Source: Nitrospirales bacterium (GTDB lineage Bacteria > Nitrospirota > Nitrospiria > Nitrospirales > UBA8639). From it: 64,000 bases of DNA. Below are positions 42,719-53,824 of the stretch, piece after piece (positions within the stretch are counted from its first letter, which is position 1; the number at the start of each line of letters is the position of its first letter). Made by a program: the position numbers and the translations under genes. The stretch is from contig OY820905.2 of the NCBI GenBank assembly GCA_963555755.3, forward strand, positions 608,001 to 672,000. The letters run 5' to 3'. Under the pieces are notes generated by a model, which searched no databases, was not told the origin of the DNA, and was given only the letters and a program-made list of their open reading frames with translations.

Positions 42719-43807
42719 AAAGGGAAACCCATGAGCCTCAGCCACAGCCTGGTAGATGACATGACCATGTTGAACATTCACACCCTTGGCGAGCCACGGA
42801 TCAGCAGAAAGGGCCTGTTTGATCCCCGCGTCAGCCAATCGGACTATAAAAGGTAATGTGGCGTTGGTCAAGGCATGGGTCGCGGTCACCGGAACAATGC
42901 CTGGAATATTGGGGACTCCATAATGCAGCACCCCTTCAGATTCATACACTGGGTCGGAATGAGTGGTTGGTCGAATGGTCTCGACACACCCGCCTTGATC
43001 GACCGCCACATCAATAATGACGGAACCAGGTTTCATCGAGGACACCATCTCGCGAGAAACGAGCTGCGGGGTCCGCGCGCCTTTAATCATGGCAGCACCA
43101 ATGAGCACATCGGCCTCTCGGATGGCCTTCTCGATCGCAATCCGATTGGGGAACAGGGTGGTAATCGACACGCTAAAGCGCTCCTCCAGACGCTGTAATT
43201 GATCCACATCGACACTAAACACCGTCACCCGTGCTCCCATCCCGACAGCAAGTTGTGCGGCAGCCGCGCCAACTCCACCAGCGCCGAAAATGACCACATG
43301 AGCCGCTCTCACACCCGGCACACCTCCCAACAACAGACCCCGGCCACCACTAGTTCGTTCCAAATAATGCGCTCCAATTTGAATAGACATGCGTCCAGCA
43401 ATCTGGCTCATGGGAAGCAGCATGGGTAACCGCCCGGCATGGTCTTCGGTCGTTTCATAGGCAATCGCGGTCATACCCGAATTCACCAACGCATCCGTGA
43501 GTTCTTTTGACGCGGCTAAATGAAGAAAGGTAAACAGGGTGTGATGCGATTCAAAAAACGGCATTTCAGAAAGCAAGGGTTCCTTGACCTTTAAGATTAA
43601 GCCAGATTCTTTGAACACTTCCTCCTTGGAAGCCGAGACATGGCCGCCCATGTCTCGATAGTCTTCATCAGAGAAGCCACTACCCTGCCCGGCATCGTGC
43701 TCAATCCATACCCCATGCCCATGCCCCACCAGTTCAGCCACTCCTTCAGGTGTTAACGCCACTCGAAACTCATGATCTTTGATTTCCTTAGGAATACCTA
43801 TGTTCAT
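42701..43807 (-). CDS. ald: Alanine dehydrogenase
   Basis: IGIPKEIK..EFRV, KVKEP, DVAVDQGGC, VPNIPG. Confidence 0.96.
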   Translation of the reverse strand: MNIGIPKEIKDHEFRVALTPEGVAELVGHGHGVWIEHDAGQGSGFSDEDYRDMGGHVSASKEEVFKESGLILKVKEPLLSEMPFFESHHTLFTFLHLAASKELTDALVNSGMTAIAYETTEDHAGRLPMLLPMSQIAGRMSIQIGAHYLERTSGGRGLLLGGVPGVRAAHVVIFGAGGVGAAAAQLAVGMGARVTVFSVDVDQLQRLEERFSVSITTLFPNRIAIEKAIREADVLIGAAMIKGARTPQLVSREMVSSMKPGSVIIDVAVDQGGCVETIRPTTHSDPVYESEGVLHYGVPNIPGIVPVTATHALTNATLPFIVRLADAGIKQALSADPWLAKGVNVQHGHVIYQAVAEAHGFPFEPVRH

Positions 43808-44009
43808 GTCAGATTCCTTTCGGAAAAAAGTTGGGCCCCATGGTCAAATTGGAGATACCTCAAACCGTAGATAGAGTCCTCAATTCATTGTCTCATGGCT
43901 ACCGCCCAAACACTATTCATTTTCCCTGTTCGTTTATTGATGCCATACCCAGATTTTCCGAAATTTCACAACTTGCCCACCATGGGACTTCTAGAGTACA
44001 AAAGAAAGA

Positions 44010-44375
44010 ATGAGCGGCTTTACACACCATATTTTCATCTGCATCAACCAACGACCCAAAGGCGACCCACGCGGTTGTTGTGCGGATACGGGGTCGGTCG
44101 AATTGCACGCGTTTTTCAAGAAAGAAGTTGAACGTTTAGGGTTGAAAGGCATTGTCCGGGCAAACAAAGCCGGGTGTCTTGACCATTGTGAATATGGACC
44201 AAGCCTTGTTATTTACCCGGAAGGCGTGTGGTATTGGATGGGAAGTGAAGCCGATGTGACGGAGATCATGGAACGTCACATCATCAAGGGGGAACTCGTT
44301 GAACGATTACTCATGCCAGGTCATGATGTCCCACTCTTACAATTGAATTCTCGGGCAACACCTATTCCCAAATAA
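44010..44375 (+). CDS. Thioredoxin-like [2Fe-2S] ferredoxin
   Basis: HIFICINQR..CC, GCLDHC..GP..VIYPEGVWY. Confidence 0.92.
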   Translation: MSGFTHHIFICINQRPKGDPRGCCADTGSVELHAFFKKEVERLGLKGIVRANKAGCLDHCEYGPSLVIYPEGVWYWMGSEADVTEIMERHIIKGELVERLLMPGHDVPLLQLNSRATPIPK

Positions 44376-44451
44376 CATGGTATGCTGTTCCGTTCCCGCA
44401 CAACACCCCCAGTCGATTTTCATATAGCGTTTCGAGAATAACGAGACTCGC

Positions 44452-44871
44452 ATGTCCATCAACGAAGCAAAATGGAAGGCCAATCAAGATAAGGTCGCGT
44501 TCCTTAAACAATTTCCCGGATTGGTTCAGACATGGGAAGAAGCCATCGGGCAAACCGTGGAATCCGTTATTCCTCTTAAATCCAATTCCACAATAGCGGT
44601 TATTGTATTGTCAAATGGGCATTTTACCATCGCGCATGCCCCAGAAATCGAGCCCAAATTTTTGCGTGAAAGCATTGAAACGGCTCGTCCAACGTTAGAA
44701 CCTATCCATCCTGATGCATTTGTACAATATGATGTTCTCGCAAAACGTGACCATGAAGCAACACGGACGGCACGACTGGAAAATATTCTCGGTGCCATTC
44801 ACAATAACGTAGAAGAGATTCCTGAGTTGAAAGATCGTCTTCGATCACTCGTGAAGGAGTGGAATTCTTAA
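44452..44871 (+). CDS. Hypothetical protein
   Basis: 139-aa ORF between two ferredoxin genes. Confidence 0.75.
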   Translation: MSINEAKWKANQDKVAFLKQFPGLVQTWEEAIGQTVESVIPLKSNSTIAVIVLSNGHFTIAHAPEIEPKFLRESIETARPTLEPIHPDAFVQYDVLAKRDHEATRTARLENILGAIHNNVEEIPELKDRLRSLVKEWNS

Positions 44872-44872
44872 C

Positions 44873-45163
44873 ATGCGACGCCCAGCCAATATGCTCGATA
44901 TGTTTTCAGGCGGGTTATTTGAAGGAATTAAGCCTATGATGCTGACACGCGACCATTTAATCCGTCATCCGGACCGTTGCACACACAATGCCGTCTGTAT
45001 TCCGGTCTGTCCAACAGGGGCCTGGTTATCCACGCCACCGTATAAACTTGACGAATCACGCTGTATGGAAACCTGTCGATTGTGTCTCGATGCTTGCCCC
45101 ACACAAGCCATCTACGCAGTCTTTCGGAAAGGGGAGAAACTCATTACCCCGCAAAAGGAATAA
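44873..45163 (+). CDS. Dicluster-type ferredoxin
   Basis: CTHNAVCIPVCP and CMETCRLCLDACP. Confidence 0.85.
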   Translation: MRRPANMLDMFSGGLFEGIKPMMLTRDHLIRHPDRCTHNAVCIPVCPTGAWLSTPPYKLDESRCMETCRLCLDACPTQAIYAVFRKGEKLITPQKE

Positions 45164-45223
45164 GGTTCCCCCCAGGGGATGCTCAAATTACGTGGATCGA
45201 ATTATAGGGTTTTTGCGGGGTTG

Positions 45224-45375
45224 AAATTCGAAATCCGAATATCGAAATCCGAAACAAATCCGAAATGCACCACCCGAATGTTCCAAACAGTTCATTGTGT
45301 CTTGGTTTCGGATTTTCTTCTGTTATTTGGTTATTTGAATTTATTTCGAATTTCCACATTCGAGTTTCGGATTTA
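45224..45375. repeat. Heptamer-periodic inverted repeat element (family F, copy 1)
   Basis: aaattcg-aaatccg-aatatcg-aaatccg with mirrored copy; between convergent genes. Confidence 0.75.
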
Positions 45376-45404
45376 ATAATGTATGTCTCCGCAGAACCTA
45401 CACG

Positions 45405-46448
45405 TTACCCCACCGCTTTTCGAAAATGCCCCCAATAGGCTGTGCCCATATACGCACTACCTCCGGTCAAGGTCGTACTCAATACAATTCGGTAGACTTC
45501 CATTCGAGAAATTTTGAGTGAGTACGTTGGGTCCAGCATATTGCCACATGTGGTCAACAAGTGTAGCGTTCGAAGCGCAATGAGGATCGGCCACATGCAG
45601 GCTAATCGAAGACGAATTTCGAAACGCGGAATCGACATCGTGTAAAACCACCCTTGGTCTAGATGGGCGAGGGTAATCCCCACCAATTTTTGCAAGACAG
45701 GGTTAAATCTGGACATATTTTTTTTATCCAGGAGGTCCCTGGGTTCCAACCCAACGGATTGCAACAACTCCAATGGAATATAACAACGGCCTCGGCGAAG
45801 ATCCTTGGGAAGGTCTTTCAAAATATTGGTTAATTGCAGGCCCTTTCCAAACCGAATCCCAATTCGATTTTTCTGCTCCCGATCCCAGCGCCGACGAATT
45901 CGTGGAAGATGGGAGCACATCAGATTCGTCCAAAACTCTCCGACACAGCCAGCCACACGGTACATGTAGGTATCCAAATCAGCCATGGTCGGAAGCGCGG
46001 CCAATTGTGATTCCGATTCCCCAGAAAACACCTGCAAATCCATTTCCATCCCACTGATCAAGGTCAGGAGAACCTGACGAATTTCCTCCTGGTCTTCTAA
46101 CTCGAGCGTTTCATACAGGTGAAAACAGGCTTCCAAATTTTCGAGCAATTTCCGTTCGCCGGGATGCCCCTGTTGCGGAGCCATCATGGATTGGACTGCA
46201 CTAATTTCATCCCAGTTGAGATCTTCACGAACAAACTGAAGCTTAAACTGCTGAAGAAACAGCACGCGAGCACTTCGGTCCACCAGACCGGTATCAGCCA
46301 CCGTGTCGGCAGCACGCGCAAAGAGATAGGCTATGCCTACCTGCTTCGCTACGCGAGAAGGCAACACCGCCAATGTGAGATAAAATGATCGCGAGACCTG
46401 CCTCAATAAATCATGCAGGAGATAGTCTTCATTGGGCTCTTGACTCAT
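45405..46448 (-). CDS. Squalene/phytoene synthase-family protein
   Basis: VSRSF, RAADTVAD, YRVAGCVG, GLQLTNILKD, GRCYIP. Confidence 0.9.
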   Translation of the reverse strand: MSQEPNEDYLLHDLLRQVSRSFYLTLAVLPSRVAKQVGIAYLFARAADTVADTGLVDRSARVLFLQQFKLQFVREDLNWDEISAVQSMMAPQQGHPGERKLLENLEACFHLYETLELEDQEEIRQVLLTLISGMEMDLQVFSGESESQLAALPTMADLDTYMYRVAGCVGEFWTNLMCSHLPRIRRRWDREQKNRIGIRFGKGLQLTNILKDLPKDLRRGRCYIPLELLQSVGLEPRDLLDKKNMSRFNPVLQKLVGITLAHLDQGWFYTMSIPRFEIRLRLACMWPILIALRTLHLLTTCGNMLDPTYSLKISRMEVYRIVLSTTLTGGSAYMGTAYWGHFRKAVG

Positions 46449-46457
46449 GGGAGTAAG

Positions 46458-46907
46458 CTACCGAACTTCAAGGTGGCCTTCCATACCTTCATCACGATGC
46501 ATGGGAAAGAAGAGAAATTGTTTGTCGCAATAAAATGTATAGGTACCGGGCGTGGTTAAAAAAAGTTGAAGATTCACCGAATCCCCCGCGCTGATTTCGA
46601 TTTCATGATGAAGGCCCATCGCTGGATTATCAATCACAAAATTATGAGGGATCAGGAACGAATGATTTTCCAATCGAATCGAAACGGGCGTATCGGCTTG
46701 AATGATAATGTCATGTGGCGAAAAAGAATAACTTTCCATGACGATCGTAATCCGTTGCACCCCGTCTTCGTCCGGTACAAGTGAAATGGGAGGCGATGTT
46801 TCAGCAAATCCGGACACGGGTATCAAATATACAAGGAAAAGAAACCCACCCACCCATAGGAGTAGACATTTCGATACGCAAATCCATCGCTGGAAAATAT
46901 TTTCCAT
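46458..46907 (-). CDS. Cupredoxin-domain protein
   Basis: PHNF, PGTYTFYC...H...GMEG. Confidence 0.88.
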   Translation of the reverse strand: MENIFQRWICVSKCLLLWVGGFLFLVYLIPVSGFAETSPPISLVPDEDGVQRITIVMESYSFSPHDIIIQADTPVSIRLENHSFLIPHNFVIDNPAMGLHHEIEISAGDSVNLQLFLTTPGTYTFYCDKQFLFFPMHRDEGMEGHLEVR

Positions 46908-47189
46908 ATCAGCTGAAACTCAAGAAAATATCCGAAAAGGAGATTAACAAAAACTTTATAATTCGTTTATCATCACTGCTAACACCATTCTCAACCTTGA
47001 CTCATAAAAAAATGGTATTATATATCAAATAGTTAACAAAATTGATTGCTCTTTTTTCGTGTACCCTCCGCATCCTGCCGAAAGGGTACCATGAGTGACG
47101 GAGAAAGGCTTCAATACAACCGGAGATCTGAACTGACATGCACAAACATATGATTTTTCAATTCCCATGCCCTGTAGAGGAGAACATGA

Positions 47190-48074
47190 ATGAAAAAGCT
47201 TAAAGGTATTGGCCTGCTGCTTCTGTCCAATATACTCATCATTGCAACCCTTTCGATTACGTTCACCATTCTCTCCCAAGTGATCTTGCCTTACTTCGGC
47301 ATAGACATCCGCGGAATAGTTTCGGGGCCAAATCTGTTATTTGCATCCTTTTTTGGATTTGGTGGCGCCTTTCTCAGCTTGGCGTTGTCAAAATGGCTTG
47401 CAAAGAAGATGGTTGGGGCCACTCAAATTACCCACCCCCGAACCCAGGCCGAAATATTAGTGTTTGAAACAATCCAAAAAATTTCCGAACGGCTCAGTAT
47501 CACGATGCCTGAAGTGTACATTTATGAAGCACCAGACCCTAATGCTTTCGCCACAGGACCATCCAGGAACAAGTCGATGGTCGCCGTCTCCACGGGTTTA
47601 CTGCAAAATTTACATGAAGGGGAAATCCGGGCTGTGTTGGCTCACGAAATGGGGCATGTCTATCATGGAGATATGTTCACCACCACGGTCTTGGCGGGTC
47701 TTATGAATACCTTTGTGTATTTAATCGCCAATGTTGTGTATAGATTTTTGGCTGAACGAAGCGAGGGAATGGCCTTCATCGGGTACTTTATTATCCATAT
47801 GGCCCTTTCATTCCTTGCAATGATTCCCATTAGCTGGTGGTCACGACGCCGGGAATTTTCAGCGGATAAATTTGCGGCGAACACCGTGGGCAAGGACAAC
47901 ATGATCTCTGCCCTACAATCCATCAATCGATGGGTCAATCAAGTCCAATATCAGTATCATTCCGAGGACGCGTTAGCGACCATGAAAATTTCAGGTCAAA
48001 CTCGAAGTTTCATGCAATTATTCTCTACCCATCCACCAATTGAAGATCGTGTGACAGCACTTCAACAATTGTAA
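47190..48074 (+). CDS. htpX: M48 zinc metalloprotease HtpX
   Basis: PNAFATG, AHEMGH, SRRREFSAD, FSTHPP. Confidence 0.93.
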   Translation: MKKLKGIGLLLLSNILIIATLSITFTILSQVILPYFGIDIRGIVSGPNLLFASFFGFGGAFLSLALSKWLAKKMVGATQITHPRTQAEILVFETIQKISERLSITMPEVYIYEAPDPNAFATGPSRNKSMVAVSTGLLQNLHEGEIRAVLAHEMGHVYHGDMFTTTVLAGLMNTFVYLIANVVYRFLAERSEGMAFIGYFIIHMALSFLAMIPISWWSRRREFSADKFAANTVGKDNMISALQSINRWVNQVQYQYHSEDALATMKISGQTRSFMQLFSTHPPIEDRVTALQQL

Positions 48075-48103
48075 GAAGCAACGCCACATAGGTCCTAAAA
48101 GGA

Positions 48104-48142
48104 AAAAGCCGTCACCTTCCCTCGTTGTAGGTGACGGCTTTT
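48104..48142 (+). terminator. Intrinsic terminator
   Basis: aaaagccgtcacct...aggtgacggctttt. Confidence 0.8.
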
Positions 48143-48695
48143 CTTATTTCGGTCAAGGACCCCCCCCACGTTTAAAAATACCGAGCACTCCCCTCCCCTG
48201 ATAAACTCATAAATTTCCTAGAAAGGCAGATCAAGGCCAAAACTTTTTAACCCCTAGCGTGTTTTTTAATTTAAAAACGCTAACTTCCGATAGAATCAAT
48301 AAAACTTTCTAAGAAAATGAGTAAATTAATTCAGCTAAGCTATTATACTTATATTAACCCCCCAAAATGGGAACTTCAAATTCTTTCATGAAATTTGCGA
48401 TAATACAGCATTGGTTCTAATTTCACTTGGGTCAAATGTCCGAGAACTATTCGGGCGTATTTGTAATGGTGGAAACTGAAAAGGGTATGTGTTTAGGGTC
48501 TACGAGGAAACATGTGGAGGAATTCTGAAAGTCCGAAGGTCCGAGATCATTCGGTCGGGGGCTGGCGCATGTATCTGGGAATGCTGGCTAGTCTGGTGTC
48601 CAAGGGGCAACTATGTGGATGTAGAACAGCTTGATTGGCTTACATCGTACGCTTAAAGGTTACCATGATTTTTGTATTCCAACCGCAGTTTCTAG

Positions 48696-49427
48696 GTGTA
48701 CATTGAGGTTCATTTGGGAGAGATGAAAATGGGAATACTATCTAAACACACGTTCATCATTATTGTTGCACTAGGAATGACCATAACCCTGGGCGATCAC
48801 GCCCACAGTGGACATGGTGTGACTAATGTGTTGCGGCAAAATCTTGGTCAGCTCACAGAAATAGCGGACATCATTTTGGTTGGCAAAGTGGTTGAGATAC
48901 ATGATGGGCTGGCAGAGAACAATCTTCCTTACACCGAGATCACATTTGAGGTCAGTCGGTTGATAAAGTCAAGGGGTGATAAATTTAAAGATCGACCGAA
49001 ATGGGAACGCCGCCAGCTGAGCGATCGGCCAGATCGGCATACCTTTACTTATCGCCAATTTGGTTTATTGAAACCACGGGATATGGGCAACGGGATGGCT
49101 TTGGCCGCCACCTTGGATGGATTTCCCAAGTATGCGATGAACGAAGAAGTCATGGTCTTCCTCTATAAGCCTGCAGGCCTCAGTGGCTTTCGGACAACCG
49201 TCGGGCTAGCCCAGGGTAAGTTTTCTATCAAAAAAGGGAAAATGGTCAACCGCATCAATAACCGCCATTTGTTTGCCAATATGGAGATTGAACGAGAGAA
49301 GCTCCGGGTAGAGGAGCGGCACATGTTCACGCAACGCTCGGGCCCTCTTGATGCGAACATGGTCATTAACCTGGTCTCGCGTGCCGTCAAAGAAGGGTTG
49401 TTTACACGGTTTAAAGTTGCGCAATAA
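48696..49427 (+). CDS. Secreted hypothetical protein, translationally coupled to the next gene
   Basis: Signal peptide; taatg overlap; true start probably 48723 or 48729. Confidence 0.75.
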   Translation: MYIEVHLGEMKMGILSKHTFIIIVALGMTITLGDHAHSGHGVTNVLRQNLGQLTEIADIILVGKVVEIHDGLAENNLPYTEITFEVSRLIKSRGDKFKDRPKWERRQLSDRPDRHTFTYRQFGLLKPRDMGNGMALAATLDGFPKYAMNEEVMVFLYKPAGLSGFRTTVGLAQGKFSIKKGKMVNRINNRHLFANMEIEREKLRVEERHMFTQRSGPLDANMVINLVSRAVKEGLFTRFKVAQ

Positions 49428-52400
49428 TGAAATCATTTTCGAAAAAGCCATTTCTTGTTCTACTTTGTGGCCTACTGATTCTTGCCAGTTCCAGCTTGGC
49501 ACCTGCCGGCGGTCCTATATCCCTTTTTGATAGCGGAACACCTACTCTGTGGGGTGGTGGTGTCTTTGCTACTTTCCCGATTCCTTACCTTAAGGACCAA
49601 GGCCCTTTGGGGCCGTTGAGCAACAGTGAAGCAGACGCCCTCACCATTTTCAGTATGAACGAGTGGGATGCTGTCTCTACATCCACGTTTTCTGTGATTG
49701 ATGGTGGGGATACACCCTTCGATATCACATCCGCGAATGCTTCCAACTATCTTTTTAACTTTCATGGGTCTGTCATTGATGTCGTGTATGATGACAATGG
49801 AAGCATTTGTGCTGCCGTGTTTGGTTGCCCCCCTGGAGTGTTAGGACTTGGCGGACCCCTATTCGTTGGCACCACAGTTCCTGCAATTGCCTCAGCCCTG
49901 GTGTTAATGAATGGGGCGGCTATTGATCCATCAGATACTGGTGGCACCGCCTATCGAATCGTGTTCAGTCAGGAATCCGGCCACGCCATCGGCCTACATC
50001 ACGACCAAACCAATGGAGCCGTCTCGTTTTTTGGGGATGAATCTGCTCCAACCGGGTGCCCGAGTGTCGGAGCACCGTTCTTCTCCGATTTTACAGCGAT
50101 GTACCCCTTTGCCAGTGTTTCCCCAAGTGGCCCTGGCGCAGAAGCCGCTTCAATCGACCATCCGGAAGATCTCCATGCCCTGTCGAGGTTTCACCCCGTT
50201 GCAACCTATTCGGCCACAACGGGCACCATAACAGGGACGGTGTTTCAATCGGATGGTATCACGCCAGTCAATGGTGTAAATGTTATCGTGCGAAGTGTGA
50301 CCGATCCTTTTGGAGATGCTCGATCGACAATAACGGGTGACCTCTCCATTCCTACCGGTGATGCATTTGAAGGCACCTTTGTCCTGACGGGGTTAACCCC
50401 TGGAACGATTTACACGTTGGCTATTGATAATATTGTTGATGGTGCGTTTCCCCAACCTCCCGCCCCTTCCTTTACTGAAGAATATTGAAATGACACATCT
50501 GAATCCAGCAATTCGGCCACAGACAATCCTTGTGATCTGACTCCGATCATCCCCGTTGCAGGTTCAACCGTAGTTGCGAACTTTGTTTTAAACGGGCCGG
50601 ATACCACCGGCCCCACCGTCACGATTAACCAAGCCGCCGCGCAACTGGATCCAACGAACGCCTCCCCGATCAATTTCACGGCGATCTTCAACGAACCCGT
50701 CAGTAATTTTGCCACGGGCGACGTGACCCTCAGTGGCACCGCAGGGGCGACCACGGGCACCGTCACCGAGATTGCGCCCAATGATGGCACCACCTACACC
50801 GTCGCCGTCAGTGGCATGACGAATGATGGCACCGTCATCGCCGACGTGCTCGCCAACGCCGCCACGGATGGGTTGGGTAACGGCAACACCGCCTCCACCA
50901 GCACGGACAACACCGTCACCTTCGATGCCACTGCCCCCACCGTCACCATTGATCAAGCCACCACCCCCCCGCAACTGGATCCCACTAGTGCCTCGCCGAT
51001 TAACTTCGCCGTCGTCTTTAGTGAAAGTGTGGCCGACTTCGACAGCAGTGATGTCACCGTCAGTGGCACGGCCGGCGCCACCGCCGGGACCGTCACAGGC
51101 AGTGGGACCACCTATAACGTGGCGATCAGTGATATGACGGGCCCGGGAACGGTCGTCCTCGACATTGCGGCTGGCGTCGCGACCGATGGGCTCGGGAACC
51201 CGAACAGTGTCGCCACCATTCTCGATAACACCGTCACGTTTGTGGTTCCGGGGGAAGAGTTTCAACAAGATTCGGGAATCGATGGGATCGTAGCGCTGGA
51301 AGCCGAGCATGCCGATAGCAACACCCCCCAGGGCGCCCATAGCTGGATCGTCGCGACGAGTGTGCCGGGCTTCTCGGGCGACAGTGCGTTAGCCGCCACT
51401 CCGAACACGGGGATCAACAACGATACGAATTATGCCGCGCTCAGCCCGCGGCTGGACTTTGCCGTGAACTTTGTGCACACCGGAACGCACTATGTGTGGA
51501 TCCGCGGGCTGGCGGCGACGACCAGTGACGATTCGGTGCATGTGGGGCTGGATGGGCAAGAGCTGGCCAGCAGTGATCGCATCGACGGCTTTGGAACGAG
51601 TTGGACCTGGTCGCCGTCGACGCGAGATGGGGTGGTGGCCACCATGCAAGTCGCCACCGGTGGCCTGCATACGGTGAATGTGTGGATGCGGGAGGATGGG
51701 TTTGTCCTGGATAAAGTGGTCTTAACCATCAATGCCAGTTTCCCCACGCCGGTGGGCGAGGGGCCACCGGAAAGCCTGCAAGGCCCGCCACCGCCGCTGC
51801 ACACGCTCAATGTCACGGTGAACGGGAGTGGCAGTGTGACGAGTGTCCCAAGTGGGGTGGCGTGTCCGGGGACCTGTAGTGTTGACTATACTGAAGGGAC
51901 GGTGGTGATACTGACGGCAGTAGGCGATTCCGGGTTTGGCTTTGACGGGTGGAGTGGGGCCTGTACGGACACGGGGACCTGTAATATGACGATGGATCAA
52001 GCCCAGGCCGTGACGGCGACCTTCTCACTCCTGCCGCCGACGCCGCAGACCTTAACCGTCACGCTGAGCGGCAATGGGACCGTGAGCAGTGTCCCAGGCG
52101 GGATAAACTGTCCGGGCACGTGCACGATCGATTTTCCGCAAGACACGGCGGTCACCCTCACCGCCCAAGCGGATCCCGGCTCGGTGTTTATGGGATGGAG
52201 TGGTGCGGGGTGCAGTGGGATGGAGCCGTGTGTGGTACCGATGACTCAACCGCAGAATGTGACGGCCACCTTTGTGGTTCCGGGGGCAGAATTTCAACAA
52301 GATTCGGGAGTCGATGGGCTCGTAGCGCTGGAAGCCGAGCATGCCGATAGCAACACCCCCCAGGGCGTTCATAGCTGGAGCGTCGCGACGAGTGTGCCGG

Positions 52401-52825
52401 GCTTCTCAGGCGACAGTGCGATGGCCACCACGCCGAACACGGGGACCAACAACAATACGAATTATGCCGCGCTCAGCCCGCGGCTGGACTTTGCCGTGAA
52501 CTTTGTGCACACCGGGACGCACTATGTGTGGATTCGGGGAATTGGGGCGACGAACCTTGACGATTCCGTGCATGTGGGGCTGGATGGGCAAGAGCTGGCC
52601 AGCAGTGATCGCATCGACGGGTTTGGAGCGAGTTGGACCTGGTTGCAGTCGACTCGCGATGGGGTGGTGGCCACCATGCAAGTTGATACCGTTGGCCCCC
52701 ATACGGTGAATGTGTGGATGCGGGAGGATGGGGTGCTTCTGGATAAAGTGGTCTTAACCATCAATGCCAGTTTCCCCACGCCGGTGGGCGAGGGGCCACC
52801 GGAGAGCCTGAAAGGGCCGCCGTGA
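49427..52825 (+). pseudogene. Large secreted modular protein (metallopeptidase-like, Ig-like, carbohydrate-binding-like, beta repeats) with in-frame TGA at 50486-50488
   Basis: ORFs 49427-50488 and 50723-52825 share a frame with only one stop between; QESGHAIGLHH motif. Confidence 0.8.
51239..52822 (+). repeat. Internal ~550-bp domain duplication (51239-51790 / 52271-52822)
   Basis: Near-identical FQQDSG...GEGPPESL modules. Confidence 0.95.
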
Positions 52826-53824
52826 GTGGTTAGGACGCTCGGGTACAAATACAGGATTGCGGTGTAAAAACTAATTTTGGCCGAATCAACATAAGGGCGC
52901 GTGCCACCCCTTGGGCACCAGCCAGAATCTGAATATGATTGTATCTGAATAGGCACATTTCTGAGTGGCTTTGAGCCTGCAGGGCTTGAATACCTAAGTC
53001 CTTTTTTCGCATACCCCAATTCAATTCGGCTCCCCTCCTCTTCGGTTAGGGCGTGTGGGAGGGCATTTTGGGCCAAAAGGCTCTGGCTGCCAAGGGAAAC
53101 CCAAGGTCCAAGTGCAGTTCGTCATACGGGGTTGGATCACCTCAAGGGCATTGGAAAGCATGCTGTCCTCTACTCAATAAGCCTTCCCAGTTGGGGCTCA
53201 TTTTAAGAAATGTGAACCGCTACGATTTTCTCCGCTTCTCGAACTCACCGATTCAAAAACCAGCGCAGGCTTTTCGACCAAACCAGATGGCAGAAGAGTG
53301 TCTGCATTCTCGGGTGCTCAAGGCACACACCGTTGTCAGAAACAGGCAGTTCCCTAGGTATTCCAAAGATTGATCAATTCCTTTAAGGTACAAAGAAGGT
53401 TTTTAGTAAAACAAGATGTGCCATAGGCGAAAGAGGCTATAGAATATTTGAAAATTTCTCGATGGCCGGCAACGCCAGACACATACACTAAATCGGAAAG
53501 AGGAGTCTGAACTGGATTTTGTGAACTACTCCCAAACCGTAAAAAAAGAAGTTTTCATGTCTTACGTTTCACGCATTACGTCACAAAAGAACCCCGCTGG
53601 TGGCCTTTAGAGAAACAGTCCCGGAAAGAGAGAAACATGAAAAGGAGTGTAATGAACAGCGTGACTCAGGAGTTATTTGAAACCATTACTCGGATTCTTC
53701 AGGATTGAATGGTGAAGGAATACCTCGACCAAAGAAAATTTTTTGTCATCGATCGATTCTCACCTCAAAGATGGTCAAGAAATACTCAGGACTCGTTTTT
53801 TGAACAAATTGTGAGGAGATTTGC

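Noticed and set aside
45224..45375. CRISPR array
   Set aside because: 7-mer periodic inverted repeats without unique spacers; no cas genes in the window
50486..50530. Selenocysteine recoding at the in-frame TGA
   Set aside because: The downstream hairpin is weak with a non-SECIS-like loop, and the context suggests Trp rather than a redox Cys
50410..53076. Minus-strand ORFs up to 250 aa
   Set aside because: Antisense shadows of the GC-rich plus-strand gene
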